Shown piece by piece: positions 13,772 through 27,624 of a DNA stretch of 64,000 bases; position 1 is the first letter of the stretch, and every line of letters begins with the position of its first letter. Made by a program: the position numbers and the translations under genes. The stretch comes from the human T2T-CHM13v2.0 reference genome, Homo sapiens. The stretch spans positions 22,688,001 through 22,752,000 of the forward strand of contig CP068257.2 in NCBI GenBank assembly GCA_009914755.4, in the 5' to 3' direction. A model generated the notes under the pieces. The model was not told the origin of the DNA. It did no database searches and saw nothing but the letters and a program-made list of their open reading frames with translations.

Positions 13772-15272
13772 TAAGAACACTTAATATGAGATCTACCCTC
13801 TTAGCAAATTTTCTAGGGACATAATACAATATTGTTAACTATAGCATAGTGTGATACAGCAGTTCTCTAGAATATACTAATCTCGCATAACTAAAACTTT
13901 GTACCTGTTGATTAATAACTTCCCATTTTCCCTTCTTCCAGCTCCTGGCAAACACTATTCTGTTTCTGTTTCTAGGAGTTTCACTGTTGTAAATATCCAA
14001 TATAAGAGAAATCCTGAAGTATTTTCCTTCTATGACTGGCTTAATTCACTTAGTACAATGTCGTCCAGGTTCATCTACATCATCACATATGGCAGGATTT
14101 CCTTCTTTTGTGACAAACAATATTATATTGTATACACATACGACATTTTCTTTATCCAATCATCCACTGATAGACATTTAGGTTGCTTCCACATCTTGTT
14201 TACTACGAATGATGCTGCAGTGAACCTAAGTGTGCAGAGAGCTCTTCCAGAACCCAATTTCATTTTTTTCGATATATACTTGGTAGTGGAATTGCTGGAT
14301 CATATGGTAATTCTATTTTTAATTTTTTGAGAAACCTCTGTAGCATTTTTCATAGTGATTGCACCATTTTACCTTCCCACTGACAATGTATATAAGTATT
14401 ACAATTTCTCAATATCCTCAGCAATAAATTGTTTTTTTAAATTGTTGTTTGTTTTTAATATTGGTCATTCTAACAGGTGTGAGGTGACATCTCATTATGG
14501 TTTTGATTTGCAATTCTCTGATGATTAGTGATGTTGAGCACGTTTTCATACACCTGTTTGCCATTGGTATGCCTTTTTTTGAAAAACATCTATTGAAATC
14601 CTTTGCTCATTTTTTGAGGGTTTTCTTTGCCATTGATTTGAAGTTCTTTATATATTTTGGATATTAGCGCCTTATCATATGTGTGAATTGTAAGCATTTT
14701 CATTCATCCAGCAGGTTGCCTTTTCACTCTGTTGATTGTTTCTTTTGCTGTGAAGAAGCATTTTAGTTTCATGTAGTCTCACTTTTTGCATTTGTTGCTT
14801 GTGCTTTTATTGTCATGTATAAGAAACCATTGCCAAGACCAGTGTCATGAAGCTTTCTCCCTCTTCTAGGAGTTTTACAGCTCAGGTTTTATGTTTAAGT
14901 CTTTAAATCATTGTGAGCTGATTTTTGTATACAATATACACCGAGTATATTTTTATTCTTTTTCATGTCAATATCCAGTTTTCTGAACACCATTTGTTGA
15001 AGAACCTATTCTTTCTTCACTGTGTCTTTTTGGCATCCTTGTAGATCAGTTCACCATATATAAGCATGGGTTTATTACTGGGCTCTTTATTTTTTTTCTA
15101 TTGGTCAATGTGTACACAGCTATGTGAGTACCATATTGTTTTGATTAATGTAGGTTTGTAATATATTTGAAATCAAGAAGTGTGATGCCTTCAAATGTGT
15201 TCTTTCTCAAGACTGACTTGACTATTCTGGCTCTATTGTGGTTTATACAAATTTTAGAATTTTTTTTTCTAC

Positions 15273-15671
15273 TTATGTAAAACATTTCATTGGAATTTTG
15301 ATTGCATTGAATCTATAGATGACTTTGGGTAATTTAACAATATTAGCTCTCTCTTCTGACCCATGAACATGGAATTTTTTCAATTTATTTGTGTCTTCAC
15401 TAATTTCCTTTGGCAGTGTTTTATAGTTGTCAGTGTACAAGTCTTTTACTTCCCTGGTTAAGTTTTTTCCTAAGTGTATTATTCTTTTTGATGCTATACA
15501 AAATGGGATTGTTTTCTCAATTTTCTGTTCAAAGAGTTTGCTGTTACTGTATAGAAATGCAACTGATTTTTGTATATTGATTTTGTATCTTACAACTTCA
15601 TTGAATTTGTTTATTAATTCCAGCAGTTTTCTGTGGGTGCAGTCTTTAGGGTTTTCTACATATAAGTTCAT
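15273..15671 (-). pseudogene. L1 ORF2 internal remnant (segment just upstream of the RT domain), degenerate
   Basis: The 132-aa translation matches L1 ORF2p residues around ...KINVQKSQAFLYTNN...[23 protein letters not shown]. Flanking frames are broken by stops. Confidence 0.75.
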
Positions 15672-16902
15672 GTTGCCTGCAAACAGAGATAATTTTACTT
15701 CTTCCTTTCTGATTTGGCTGCCGTTAATTTATTTTTCTTGTCTAATTGTTCTGGTTAGAACTTTCACTATTACTTTGAATAGAAAAAGATAGAGTAGGCA
15801 CCCTTGCCTTGTTAGTGACTTTGGAAGAAAAGTTTTCAGTTTTTCACCGTGAGGTGGGATTGATGATAGCTGTAGGCTTTCCATAAATGAACTTTATTAT
15901 ATTGAGCTAAATTCTTTTTGTAACTAGCTTGTTGAGGGTTTTTGTCATTAAAAGGAGTTAATATTTTTCAAAAGCTTTTTTCTTTATTTCTTGAGATGAC
16001 CATTTAATTTTTACCATTTATTCTGTAAATTAGATATATTACATTATTTGATTTGCATATGTGGGACGACCTTTGCATCCAAGAAATAAATCCCATGTGG
16101 TCATGGCATGCAATCGTTTTAATATGCTGCTGAATTTGTTTGCCAATATTTTGTTAAGAATTTTGAAATCTATGTTCATTGAGGTTATTGGCCTGTAGTT
16201 GTTTTTTTTCTTCTGATTGTATATTTATTTGTCTTTTGTATTTGGTTAATATTTGCCTCATAAAAGGCACTTGTAATTGCTCCCCCTTCTTCTATATATA
16301 TTTTGTGTAACAGTTTGAAAAAGATTGTTATTAATTCTTTAAATGTTTGTTATAATTCATATAATTCATCAGTGAAGGCATATGGCCCTGGGACTTTCTA
16401 TTATGAGAGGTTTTTTATTTCTAATATGTAATTTCGCTAATAATTATAGGTCTGCTGATGGTTTTCATCTCTTCATGATATAGTCTTAGTAGTTTGTATC
16501 TCTCTAAGGATTTGTCTGTTAGTTTTCACTTATCCAATTTGTAGGCATATAGCTGTTCATAGAAGTCTCTCGTGATCCTTTTTATTTCGGTGGGATCAGT
16601 TGTAATGTCTCTTTTTTTCATTAGTAATTGTATTTATTTGTTCTTTTTTTCCTTGTTAGCCTAAGCTTTGTCAATTTTGAAGATCTTTTCAAAAAATCAA
16701 ATTTTTATTCTGTAGAGCTTTTCCTAAGGTTTTCTATTGTCTATTTTGTTTATTTTTACACTAATACTTTTTTTTATTATACTAAATTTGCATTTGGTTT
16801 GTTATTTTTTCTAGTTTCTTAAGGTGTAAACTTTTTTATTTGAGATTTTTCTCCTTATTTAATGTTGGTGTTTAGCATAATAAGCTTCCTTCTTAGTACT
16901 AA

Positions 16903-17309
<407 letters not shown>

Positions 17310-18683
17310 TCTTCTCAATAATTTTTTAGGTCCATTTTAATTTCTTACTTGGCTCATTGGGTCAATATTGTGTTGTTTAATTTCTACATATTTGTGTAAT
17401 TTCTAGTTTTCTTTTTGTTATTCATTTCTAGTTTTATTACATTGTGGTAAAAAGATATTTGGTATGATTTTAATCTTCTTAATATTGTTATATTTCATGC
17501 CCTAACATATGATCTATTCTAGAGAATGTTCTGTGTACACTTGAGAAGAATGTATATTCTGTTGCTGTTGGGTGAAATGTTGTCTGCGTGTCTGTTAGGC
17601 CTATTTGGGCTCTAGTGTTGTTTAAGTCCCCTGATTTCTTATCAGTTTTCTGCCTGGATGTTGTATCCATTAATGAAAGTAGTAATATTTAAGTTTCCTA
17701 CTATTATTGCATTGCTGTATATTTCTTTCTTAGGTTCTTCTATATAAAGCAATCTTTATATATTTAGGTGCTTTGAACTTTGACACATACATACTTCCTG
17801 ATGAATGAATATCTTTATCATTATATAATGAACTTCTTTGCTTCTTGTGACACTTTTTGACCTAAGCCTATTTTTTCTGATGTAAGTCTGGCAATGCTAA
17901 CTCTCTTTTGGTTGCCGTTGGCATAGAATATGAAATGTTATTTTCCATTGGTTTACTTTCAGCCTATGTGTGTCCTTAAATCTAAAGCGAGTCTATATGA
18001 ACAGCATATACTAGTTTATCTAGTTACTCTATGTTTTTTGATTAAAGAGTGTAATCCATTTACACTTAACCATTTTCCCCTTTGCCCTGAGAATACTTGC
18101 CGGAGACATTTGTAACTACAGTATTTACCTTGAAATAACTTTGCCACAAAATATCTCACTTTTATTACTATTTTTTCATCCTTCTAGTATATTAACTTCG
18201 GAAAAACATTATTCTATTTATAGCATTCTGTTTTTAGTAGTGCTATTTCCATTTACAAAATATAGTAATTCTTGATTGTTGAAAATGTCAAATATTAGAA
18301 AATGTAGTGTTAAAAGCAAAATTTCAGCCAAATTAAATTTTAAAAAGTTTAATTGAGCAATGAACTATTCATGAATAGGGCAGCCTCCCTGAACCAGAAT
18401 AGGGTCAGAGACTCCAGTGCAGCCATGTGGTGGGAGAAGATTTATGGAAAGAAAAAAGGAAATTGACATAGAGAAAATGGAAGTGAGGTACAGAAGCAGC
18501 TGGGTTGGTTACAGCTGAACCTTTGCCTTATTTGAACATGGTTCAAACAGTTGGCCACATTTGATTGGCCAAAACTTGGTGATTGGCACAAGAGTAGACG
18601 ATAGTCTGTTTATACTTTCATTTAGTCTAGAGTTTGTGATGTACAGAGAAACGTTTAGGCCAAACTTAAAATATGTAAGGAGG

Positions 18684-18980
<297 letters not shown>

Positions 18981-21163
18981 TTAAACTAAACTTGATTTAA
19001 CAGTAGCATTCTTAAACGTGAGGTTAACATCATTCTCAAAGAGTTGACCAAGGATTCATTTGATAAATTCGGTTTTTCGGAAATAGATGATTCTGGTGAT
19101 TCAGACAATTCTGATATTAGTTCTGTTTAGAAATAACTCCAAGAACAGTTTTTATATTTTGTTCTTACATTTAAAACCAGTCAGGTTGTTTCAGCCTCAA
19201 AGAGGATACTTATGTAAAATTAAATGAGCGCCGGCAGAAGCTGCATTTTTTTTTCTAAACAGGAAAAGGGTTAAAAAATTAGGGAAGGATTTATTACTGC
19301 CATTTTGTTAATTATATTTTCTGTCTTTTTTGTAGTTCTTTATCCTTCTTTTCTCTTATGCTATCTTTCTTTGTGATTAGTTGATTTTTTATGGTGATTT
19401 GCTTTGATTCTTTTTTTCTCTTGTGTATCTTCCATACACACACACTGTCTTTGTGTGTACAAGAGTTTTAACTCTTATTTTCTTTAATAATTGAGAGATG
19501 TAATATACTACTATGTATGTGAGAGTTTTAAAAAATCATATATATTCGTGGGGATTTATTAGACTTGCAGTAACCACGAACTGATGAACTGATTTGTTTC
19601 TTTACACAACATAGATTTAGTGGTTACTAAGTGATATAGCTGAAGTTTAGACAAATTAAGTAACTTACCTAACGTGACTTAAGTTACATGTGGCATTGAA
19701 GAGTTCTCTGTAGACTCTTGACCCTGAGAGCCAGATTGCTGGCATACAGGATCTTCACCACAATTGCCAACATTGAAACCTAACACAATAGCCTCCCGTT
19801 TGTCTACAGAGGGTATCTTCCAAGGCCCCCGTTGGATATCTGAAATTGCAGAGAATACCGAACCCAAAATATACTCTACTTTTTATACATACATACCTAA
19901 AATACAATTTAATTTATAAATTAGTCACAGTAAGAGATTAAAAACAATAATAATAAAGTGAGTTATTATAACAGTATGTAAGCCTTACCATTCTTGGGGC
20001 CACTATTAAGTAAAATAATGGTTACTTGAATAAAAGCACTGCAATATCTCAATCACCATCCAATAATTGAGATGGCTACTAAGTAACTAATGGGCAGGTA
20101 GCATATGAAACAAGGATACTTTGAACAAAGGGCTACTTTATGTTCCAGGATGGATGGAGTGGGATGTTGAGAGATGTCATCATGCTACTCAGAAGGGCAG
20201 GCAATTTAAAACATATGAATTATTATTTCTAGAATTTTTTATTTAATATTTTCATACTGTAATTGACTGTGGGTAACCAAGAAAGGTAAAACTGTGGATA
20301 AGGAGGCACTACTCTAATAAGGATAAAACTCACATTTGTCCTTTGAAATGTAAATACTCTTCAAGAGACATTCAACATTGAAACTTATATGACTTTAGAA
20401 CTCAATGAAGAAATTTAGAGATTTCTAGTATAAAAAGACTAAGCTTTAAAGAAAAACAACTCTTTTAGATTTAGCTGAAAACAGCTTATAATGAATATAC
20501 AATTGAAATAATTATTGTTGTAAAAGTAAATATGCTTAAATATGTCTTTCTGTTTGGGATATTTTTATCATGTTAAAGTACCACATCAACACACTACTTT
20601 TTTAAAGAAAGAGAGAACTTTTAGATTGCAAAAGTGTACGTAGAAAATAAGTAAGTAGTGAAATTTTGAAATATTTACCATCAACAAACACTATCAAAGC
20701 TAGAGGTGTGCAGTTGTTTTCAATTCTGAATAAATTTCATAAAATAAATAATACTAAACATTACTCACTTTTTCAACTTAAAAAAAAAATCTTTTCAGTG
20801 ATTTTCTGGTTTTCAAGCATCAGTAAAAGAAAGAGCATCAGGCTGAATCCTGATGTGAACCTGACTCAGTGGGTAGAACATCTGTCTTCTCTGAGAGCTT
20901 GTCAGTTTGGGTAAATGATTGATTATGCTACTCAGGGTCAAGGATAGACAACACCACAGCACTAACTGACAACAGCCATGAGTCCATAGCAAGATTTGCT
21001 CATCATATTCACTCAAATTTCTGGTCTCGGGCTAAAATACGCATGACATTTATTAACTGATAAGTTTGAACTATTTTATCTAAAATTAAATGATGTTTTT
21101 ATTTTTGAATAAATGAATATTCATGCTCTTTATTGAAATGAACACATTGAGATGTTCATTACT

Positions 21164-21545
21164 GTATTAGTCTGTTCTCACACTGCTATGAAGAAATACC
21201 AGAGACTGGTTAATTTATAAAAGAAAGAGGGTTAGTTGGCTCACAATTTTGTTTGGCTGGGGTGGCCTCAGGAAACATAATCATGGTGGAAGACAAAGGA
21301 TAAGCAGGCACCTTCTTCACAGGGCGGCAGGACGGAGTGAGTGCAACCAGGGGAAATTCCAGAGAACCATCAGAATTCATAAGACTCACGCATTATCATG
21401 AGAACAACATAGAGGAAACTGCCCCTGTGATTCGATTACCTCCACTTGGTCCCGCCATGACACGTGGAGATTATGGGGATTACATTTCAAGAGGAGATTT
21501 TAGTGGGAACAAATGATATGGATTGGGGAGCGAATTCACATCAGT
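21164..21545 (-). mobile_element. MaLR LTR of the THE1/MST class (solo LTR), antisense
   Basis: Begins tattagtctgttctcacactgctatgaagaaataccagagactggttaatttataaaagaaagagggttagttggctcacaattttgtttggctggggtggcctcaggaaacataatcatggtggaaga... This is the reverse complement of the THE1/MST LTR 3' end (...cagtgtgagaacggactaata). The far (5') end is diverged. Confidence 0.6.
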
Positions 21546-22369
21546 TACTAATAGATGCAAAGTGATCCAATATTACAACCTCAATAAAGTAGGTTTAAAA
21601 TTTTTTAATCCTTATAATAAAATTATTAAAAAAGAATTCTGGAGAATTCTTGATGGAAATCATCAATATTCCTAGAGAAAAATTCTACAAACTTCAGATG
21701 AATCTGAATGGTCATCCTTAAAGGTCATCCATCTTTCTGTTTGTTTTCATCTAAAAGACATCATACTTTCAATACTGCAAAACTACTTGTTTAAGTAGCT
21801 TTATTTTGGATAAGTATTCACTTCATATATTTTATGAATTTGTGACAAAGCTAATCTAATAAAATATGGGTATTTGTTTTTGTATCTTTGAAAATTTCAC
21901 TCATTGTCTTCTTGGTCTGACCACTGGGGCAAATAATATTTTCAATATAAAACATAAATAAATATAAATACATATTTATATTGTAGATAGTATACAACAT
22001 GACTATTTTATTACATAGAAAATATATATTTATATTGTATTGCCAATATATATTTAACATATATAAAATATAAAATATACAATAAACAACATACAGTAAG
22101 TTCCCACATATTGTTGTAGAGAGGTTCTTGGAAACTGTGATGCTAAGCAAAATGACATAAAAGGAAACCCATTTTACCATAGGTTAATTGATATAAATAA
22201 GAGTTGAGTTCCTATAACATATTTCTGGTCACAAAAACATCACCAAACTTCTAAATGAAAACCAAAACATTTTAATATTTAATATTTATTGCAATATTAA
22301 ACATTGAGATAAATGTAAGCTATACATACATTTAAGAAAGATTAATAAAAACAAGATCACTACTTAGCC

Positions 22370-22640
22370 AATGATTCCAGTTCAGTGTCATGTGTGGCAG
22401 GAACCTACCTCAGCAGCTCAGTGCCAAGGCTGGAATCAACCTTGGACAGGATGGCATTCCCTCTCGGCATGCACTCAAACACACACCCACACTCACTCAG
22501 ATGGGACCAAAGAGACACACCAGTTCACTCATGTGCACATCTTTGGAACGTGGGAGGAAACTGGAGTACCCAGAGAATATCCACATAGACATGGGGAGAA
22601 CATGTGAACTCCACACAAAGACTAGGGAATTGTTTTTTTT
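22370..22640. mobile_element. Candidate ancient Deu-domain SINE relic (AmnSINE1/MamSINE1-like)
   Basis: The segment 22541-22623 is ctttggaacgtgggaggaaactggagtacccagagaatatccacatagacatggggagaacatgtgaactccacacaaagac. It aligns at ~80% to the conserved Deu-domain core (cTTTGGACTGTGGGAGGAAACCGGAGcACCCGGAGgAAACCCACGCAGACACGGGGAGAACATGCAAACTCCACACAGAAAGg). Most mismatches are CpG to TpG/CpA decays. Assignment is from memory of the consensus. Confidence 0.35.
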
Positions 22641-23314
22641 CTCATCAACATGATAACAAAGTGACATCGAATGAAATGAAGTTATTCAATGACATACTGT
22701 GTATAAATAAAGTGATCTATGTGGTGCTTAATGAGTTAATTTTAAAATTATTTTATTGAAGTTACAATAATTTATGTAAAAGGGTGGGGAAAATAACAAT
22801 TTAATCCCTCAAATTTGACATTACTCTTGGATTTGTTTTTTATGTGTAACACTTTCTCCCATCTACTCCATTCAGATCACTTCCAACTCAGATGATTGAA
22901 TTTAAAAAAATAAGCCTTAACTTTCCAGAGGCACTTATTGAATATCTGCTCTTTATTCATGTATACTTGGCTCACAGAACATTGCCTATTACATGGCAGG
23001 TGCTCAATGTATATTTGTTGAATAGATTGAATGAAATAAGTTTCTTGTATGCTGAAGAGTCTTATCAAAGATACTTGAGGTCTTTCATCTAAGGTGGAGT
23101 AGTTGAATTCTCAGGTAGATATTGCATAGTAATTGGAAACGTGACACATAAAATGGAGTAACTGAACTGAAACTAAAATATGTCTTATCAGGGCAATTCC
23201 GTGAGACTTTGAAAGCATTTTTAAGGCTGCAGTTTTGGTGAAAATATACATAAAGATAAATCAAAAGGAAAGCTACCTTGGACAGTATTTTTAAGGCATT
23301 AAAAGTCAGTTTGT

Positions 23315-23647
<333 letters not shown>

Positions 23648-25689
23648 TTTATTTGCAATGTACTGCAGTTAAAATATACATATAGCTAGAATTGAAGGTT
23701 CTCACTTTTAGCTTCTATGTTTGATCTATTTATTTCATAGTGCTGCTGGCACAGCATTTTACTGTGTCACATAAATTAACTTTAAGCAATCTGTAAAACT
23801 TTTATTAATGATTCCAACAAGACTATACAAATCCTTTTGCTAATGAGGTCAAGGTATGCTTCAAACTCCAGGCAAAACAGCTGTCTTCTAACAGAGACAG
23901 TCTCATGCCTTTGCAGTGTATATCAGTTTATCAACTGGCTGTTTGACAAATACATCGCTTTGGTTACAAACATGAGAGCAAGATAGAGAATTGGGAAGAT
24001 AATAGGTTAAAAACTGGATAAAAATTTCAGTTTCTTTCCCTGAAGTATCAGCTTCGTAGAAACAAGAAAATATCTACTATGCTTTCATATTCTATTAGAT
24101 TTTCTAGTCACTCTATTCAGTTGTGTCCAGATTAATTTATGTCTTGAAATACTCTATTAATTGACAAATATTTATGATTCAGATTTAGCAAGACATTATC
24201 CTGTCAGCAGGTAGAAGGATGTGTAGGAAAATATAGAGGCTATCTTAAAAAGTCAGGTTTGATTATAAACAGATTTGTCCTTTAACTTTCTCCATTCACT
24301 TTTTCACTCGGTTAGGTTTCATATTTTGCTTAGGCATAATGAAGTATTATCTATCATCTAGGCCTACATGAAAACATTCTTTAAATTTAATTTAACTATT
24401 TTTCCTATCTGGCTTTAGAGTTTCTTTTTCAAATTCCTCTGCCTACTTCATGAGAAATTTGTATCCAAAAGTGAAATTATTTTTAATATATTTTAAATAA
24501 TTTATGCTTTAATCTTGTGTAAATAAAAATATTGACCCCAAGCTTAACTGCATACTTATTGGGATCATGGTTACCAATTATAGACTGAAGTGTTTATTTA
24601 ACCTTCTAGAAGGAACTGTAAATCTGCCATTAATAGAGAATGCTTCATGAGCTAGCAAATTAGAAAGCACCTATATTTAAAAGATTGTAGGAAGTGGAAA
24701 TTGCCTTTAATATTTAATTTTTGAATTACTTAGGAAGGCTGATCATTAACACAAACTAAATTATTTGAAGTGACTATTTAATTGGGAATATGTCAATAGA
24801 GATTTAATATATCTAGCAAACATTACATAATTTCAAACAAAATGCTCCATTACTTAATTTGACATGTATACAGTAGGTACCAGACATAGTGCCAAGTACT
24901 AAACACAACAGAGAATTAGGTGAATTGGATTCTTACATGCAAAAATACTCCAAGGACTTTCATTCTATTTACTGGTTGATTTGTCTTTGCAAAATAACAA
25001 AACGATTTAAAACCTAAACAGAAACAAAATATCTTAATATTAAAGCTTTCTTCAGAAACATTATTAAATTTCAACTGAGAACTATTAAATGTTAATGGTG
25101 TTTTGTTATTTTTATTGTCTAGAAAAAGGAAGTAAAATGTTACAAATAATTCTGGTAATAAACAGTCATCAGTGGCTACTGCAATATTGATAATTTTTTG
25201 CTATATAATTTTTCTTTTTTAAAAAATAGACCTGAAAACTGACCAAGTAAGAATTTTTTTTAATTCTTCTGTAGGAGTCTATATCATTTACTACATAAGG
25301 AAATTCTTAAGATGTCAAGTTGTCTTTTCCAATCAATGTACCTGTAAGTCTATAATCACCTAGTAATTGTTTTCACATATGTTTGATATACAATGAATTA
25401 CCCACATAATTTCCCAGACATTATCACTCAGCCCTAACTTTTCTCTTGGGTTCAGGGATATTAAAACAGTGGAGTGGAGAGTGGGATAAAATTCAATGAA
25501 AGAACCCAATAGTGGTGACTAAGTAAAATCAGGTGGAGAGAAAATTGATGGGGATGAAAGACAGTGTGACAAACGCTCTTCTCCTATTTCAGTGCTATCT
25601 CAACATTTCTCTGGTTTCTTTGCTAACACTATGTTCTTTTCAAGATTCTAAATTTTTATGTGTAGATGTTTTTTAAAACTATGTTTTAT

Positions 25690-27305
25690 GTTAACTTTCA
25701 AGTTAGCTTTGGAGATACATGTGAAGATTTGTTATACAGGTAAACTCCTATCACGACGGTTTGTTGCACTGATTATTTCATCACCAGGTGTTAAGCCTGG
25801 TACCCAATAGTTATTTTTTCTGCTCCTCTCCCTCCTACCAACCTCCAGTCCCAACTAGACACTAGTGTCTGTTGTTCCCCTTTTTGTGTTCCTGAGTTCT
25901 CATCATTCAGCTCCCACTTATAAGTGAGAACATGTGATATTTGGTTTTCTGTTTCTGCGTTAGTTCATCCATCCATGTTCCCACAAAAGACATGATCTCA
26001 TTCTTTTTTATAGATGCATAGTATTCCATGGTGTATATGTACTATGTTTTCTTTATCCGATCTGTCATTGATGGGCGTTTAGGTTGATTCTATGTGTTTG
26101 CTATAGTCAATAGTGCTGCAATGAACATATGCATGCATGTGCCCTTAGAGTAAAACAATTTATATTCCTTTGGGTATGTAACCAGTAGTGGGATTTCTGG
26201 GTCAAATGGCAGTTCCGCTTTTAGCTCTTTGAGGAATCACCATACTGCTTTCTGCAATGGTTGAACTAATTTACACTCCCCCGACAGTGTGTAATTCCCT
26301 TTTCTCCACAACGTCACCAGCATCGGTTATTTTTTGACATTTTAATAATTGCCATTCTGAGTGGTGCGAGATGGTATCTTGTTGTGGTTTTAATTTACAT
26401 TTCTCTAATGCTCATGATATTGAGCTTTTTTATATGCTTGCTAGCTACATGTATGTCTTCTTTTGAAAGCATCTGTGCATGTCCTTTGCCCATTTTTTAA
26501 TGAAGTTGTTTGTTCCTCTCTTGTAAATTTCTTTAACTTCCTTATAGATGCTGAATATTAGACCTTTGTCAGATGCATAGTTTGCAAAAATTTTCCCACG
26601 TTCAGTAGGTTGTCTGTTTACTTTGTGATTAGTTTCTTCTGTGGTGCAGAAGCTCTTTAGTTTAATTAGGTCACATTTGTCAATTTTTGCTTTTGTTGGG
26701 ATTACTTCTGGTGTCTTTGTCATGAACTGTTGGCCCGTTCTTATGTCCAGGATGGTATTGCCTAGGTTGTCTTCCAGGATTTTTATAGTTTTGACTTTTA
26801 CATTTAAGTCTTTGATCCATCTTGAGTTGATTTTTGCATGTGATGTAAAGAAGGGGTTCAGTTTCAATCTTCTGCATATGGCTAGCCAGCACCATTTATT
26901 GAACAGGGAGTCTATTTTTATTTTTATTTTTGCTTGTTTTCATCAGCTTTGTCAGAGATCAGATGGTCTTACATGTGCAGCCTTATTTGTGGGCTCTCTT
27001 TGCTGTTCCATACGTCTATGTGCCTTTTATTGTACTAGTATCATACTGTTTTGGTTGTGGTAGCCCTGTAGTATTGTTTTTAAGTCTGGTAATGTGGTCC
27101 CTTCAACTCTGTTCTTTTTGCCTAGGATTGCATTGGCTATTTGGGCTCTGTTTTGGTTCCATATGAACCTTAAAATAATTTTTCTAGTTCTATGAAGAAT
27201 GTAATTTGTAGTATAATAGGAATAGCATTGAATTAGTAAATTGCTTTGGGCAGTAAGGCCATTTTAATATTAATTCTTCCTGCCCACGAGCATGAGATGT
27301 TTTTC
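25690..27305 (-). mobile_element. L1PA-type 3' portion (~1.6 kb: 3'UTR + ORF2 C-terminal third), antisense
   Basis: Reverse complement of the L1 3' end (ggagatacatgtgaagatttgttatacaggtaaac...cagctcccacttataagtgagaacatgtgatatttggttttctg...). The minus-strand ORF 26445-26867 matches the ORF2 C-terminus ([19 protein letters not shown]...KLKSFCT..E.....NRQPTE..KIFA.Y.SDKGLI..IY). The L1 match breaks at ~27305. Confidence 0.88.
26445..26867 (-). pseudogene. L1 ORF2 C-terminal remnant within the truncated L1PA
   Basis: The 140-aa translation aligns to L1 ORF2p ~residues 950-1090 (...[28 protein letters not shown]...). The element is truncated, so non-functional. Confidence 0.8.
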
Positions 27306-27329
27306 CATTTTAACCTATGCAAAACATAG

Positions 27330-27530
27330 CAGCTTTAGACTATGTAAAACATAGCAGCTTTAGATTCACAGCAAAATAGAAAGGAAGGCACAGAGATTTC
27401 CCGTATACCCTCCACCCGACACATGACTAGCCCCGCTTATCAACATCCCTTACTAGAGAGTACGCGTATTGCAATAGATGAACCTAGATTGACAAGTCGC
27501 ATTCACCCAAAGTCCATGTTTTACCTTAAA
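27330..27530 (-). mobile_element. Possible old L1M 3'-end fragment (antisense) with a local 21-bp tandem duplication
   Basis: ...atttcccgtataccctccacccgacacatgactagccccgcttatcaacatcccttactagagagtacgcgtattgcaatagatgaacctagattgacaagtcgcattcacccaaagtccatg resembles the antisense L1MB/MC 3'-end consensus (...tttcccatatacccctgccccc...ttatcaacatcc...acaattgatgaacctacattgacaca...tcacccaaagtccata). It is preceded by aaaacatagcagctttagact repeated twice. Confidence 0.35.
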
Positions 27531-27547
27531 ATTCAGTTTTGGTGATA

Positions 27548-27624
27548 TATTTGTGTATGCATATATATATGTGTGCGTGTATATATATATATGTATATAT
27601 ATGTTTTTGTGTGTATATATATGG
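27548..27624. repeat. (TA)n/(TG)n compound dinucleotide repeat
   Basis: tatgcatatatatatgtgtgcgtgtatatatatatatgtatatatatgtttttgtgtgtatatatatgg. Confidence 0.85.

Noticed and set aside
13899-14330. 143-aa plus-strand ORF
   Set aside because: It lies in the antisense 3'UTR/ORF2 end of the old L1 (13772-18170). It is an AT-rich spurious reading frame (FPFSLLPAPGKHYSVSVSRSFTVVNIQYKRNPEVF is the characteristic antisense L1 3'UTR translation).
22371-22653. Three overlapping plus-strand ORFs (67-87 aa), considered as a possible small gene
   Set aside because: They all overlap the Deu-domain SINE-like relic and show no start/splice context and no codon-bias signal. They are spurious ORFs in a slightly more GC-rich repeat.
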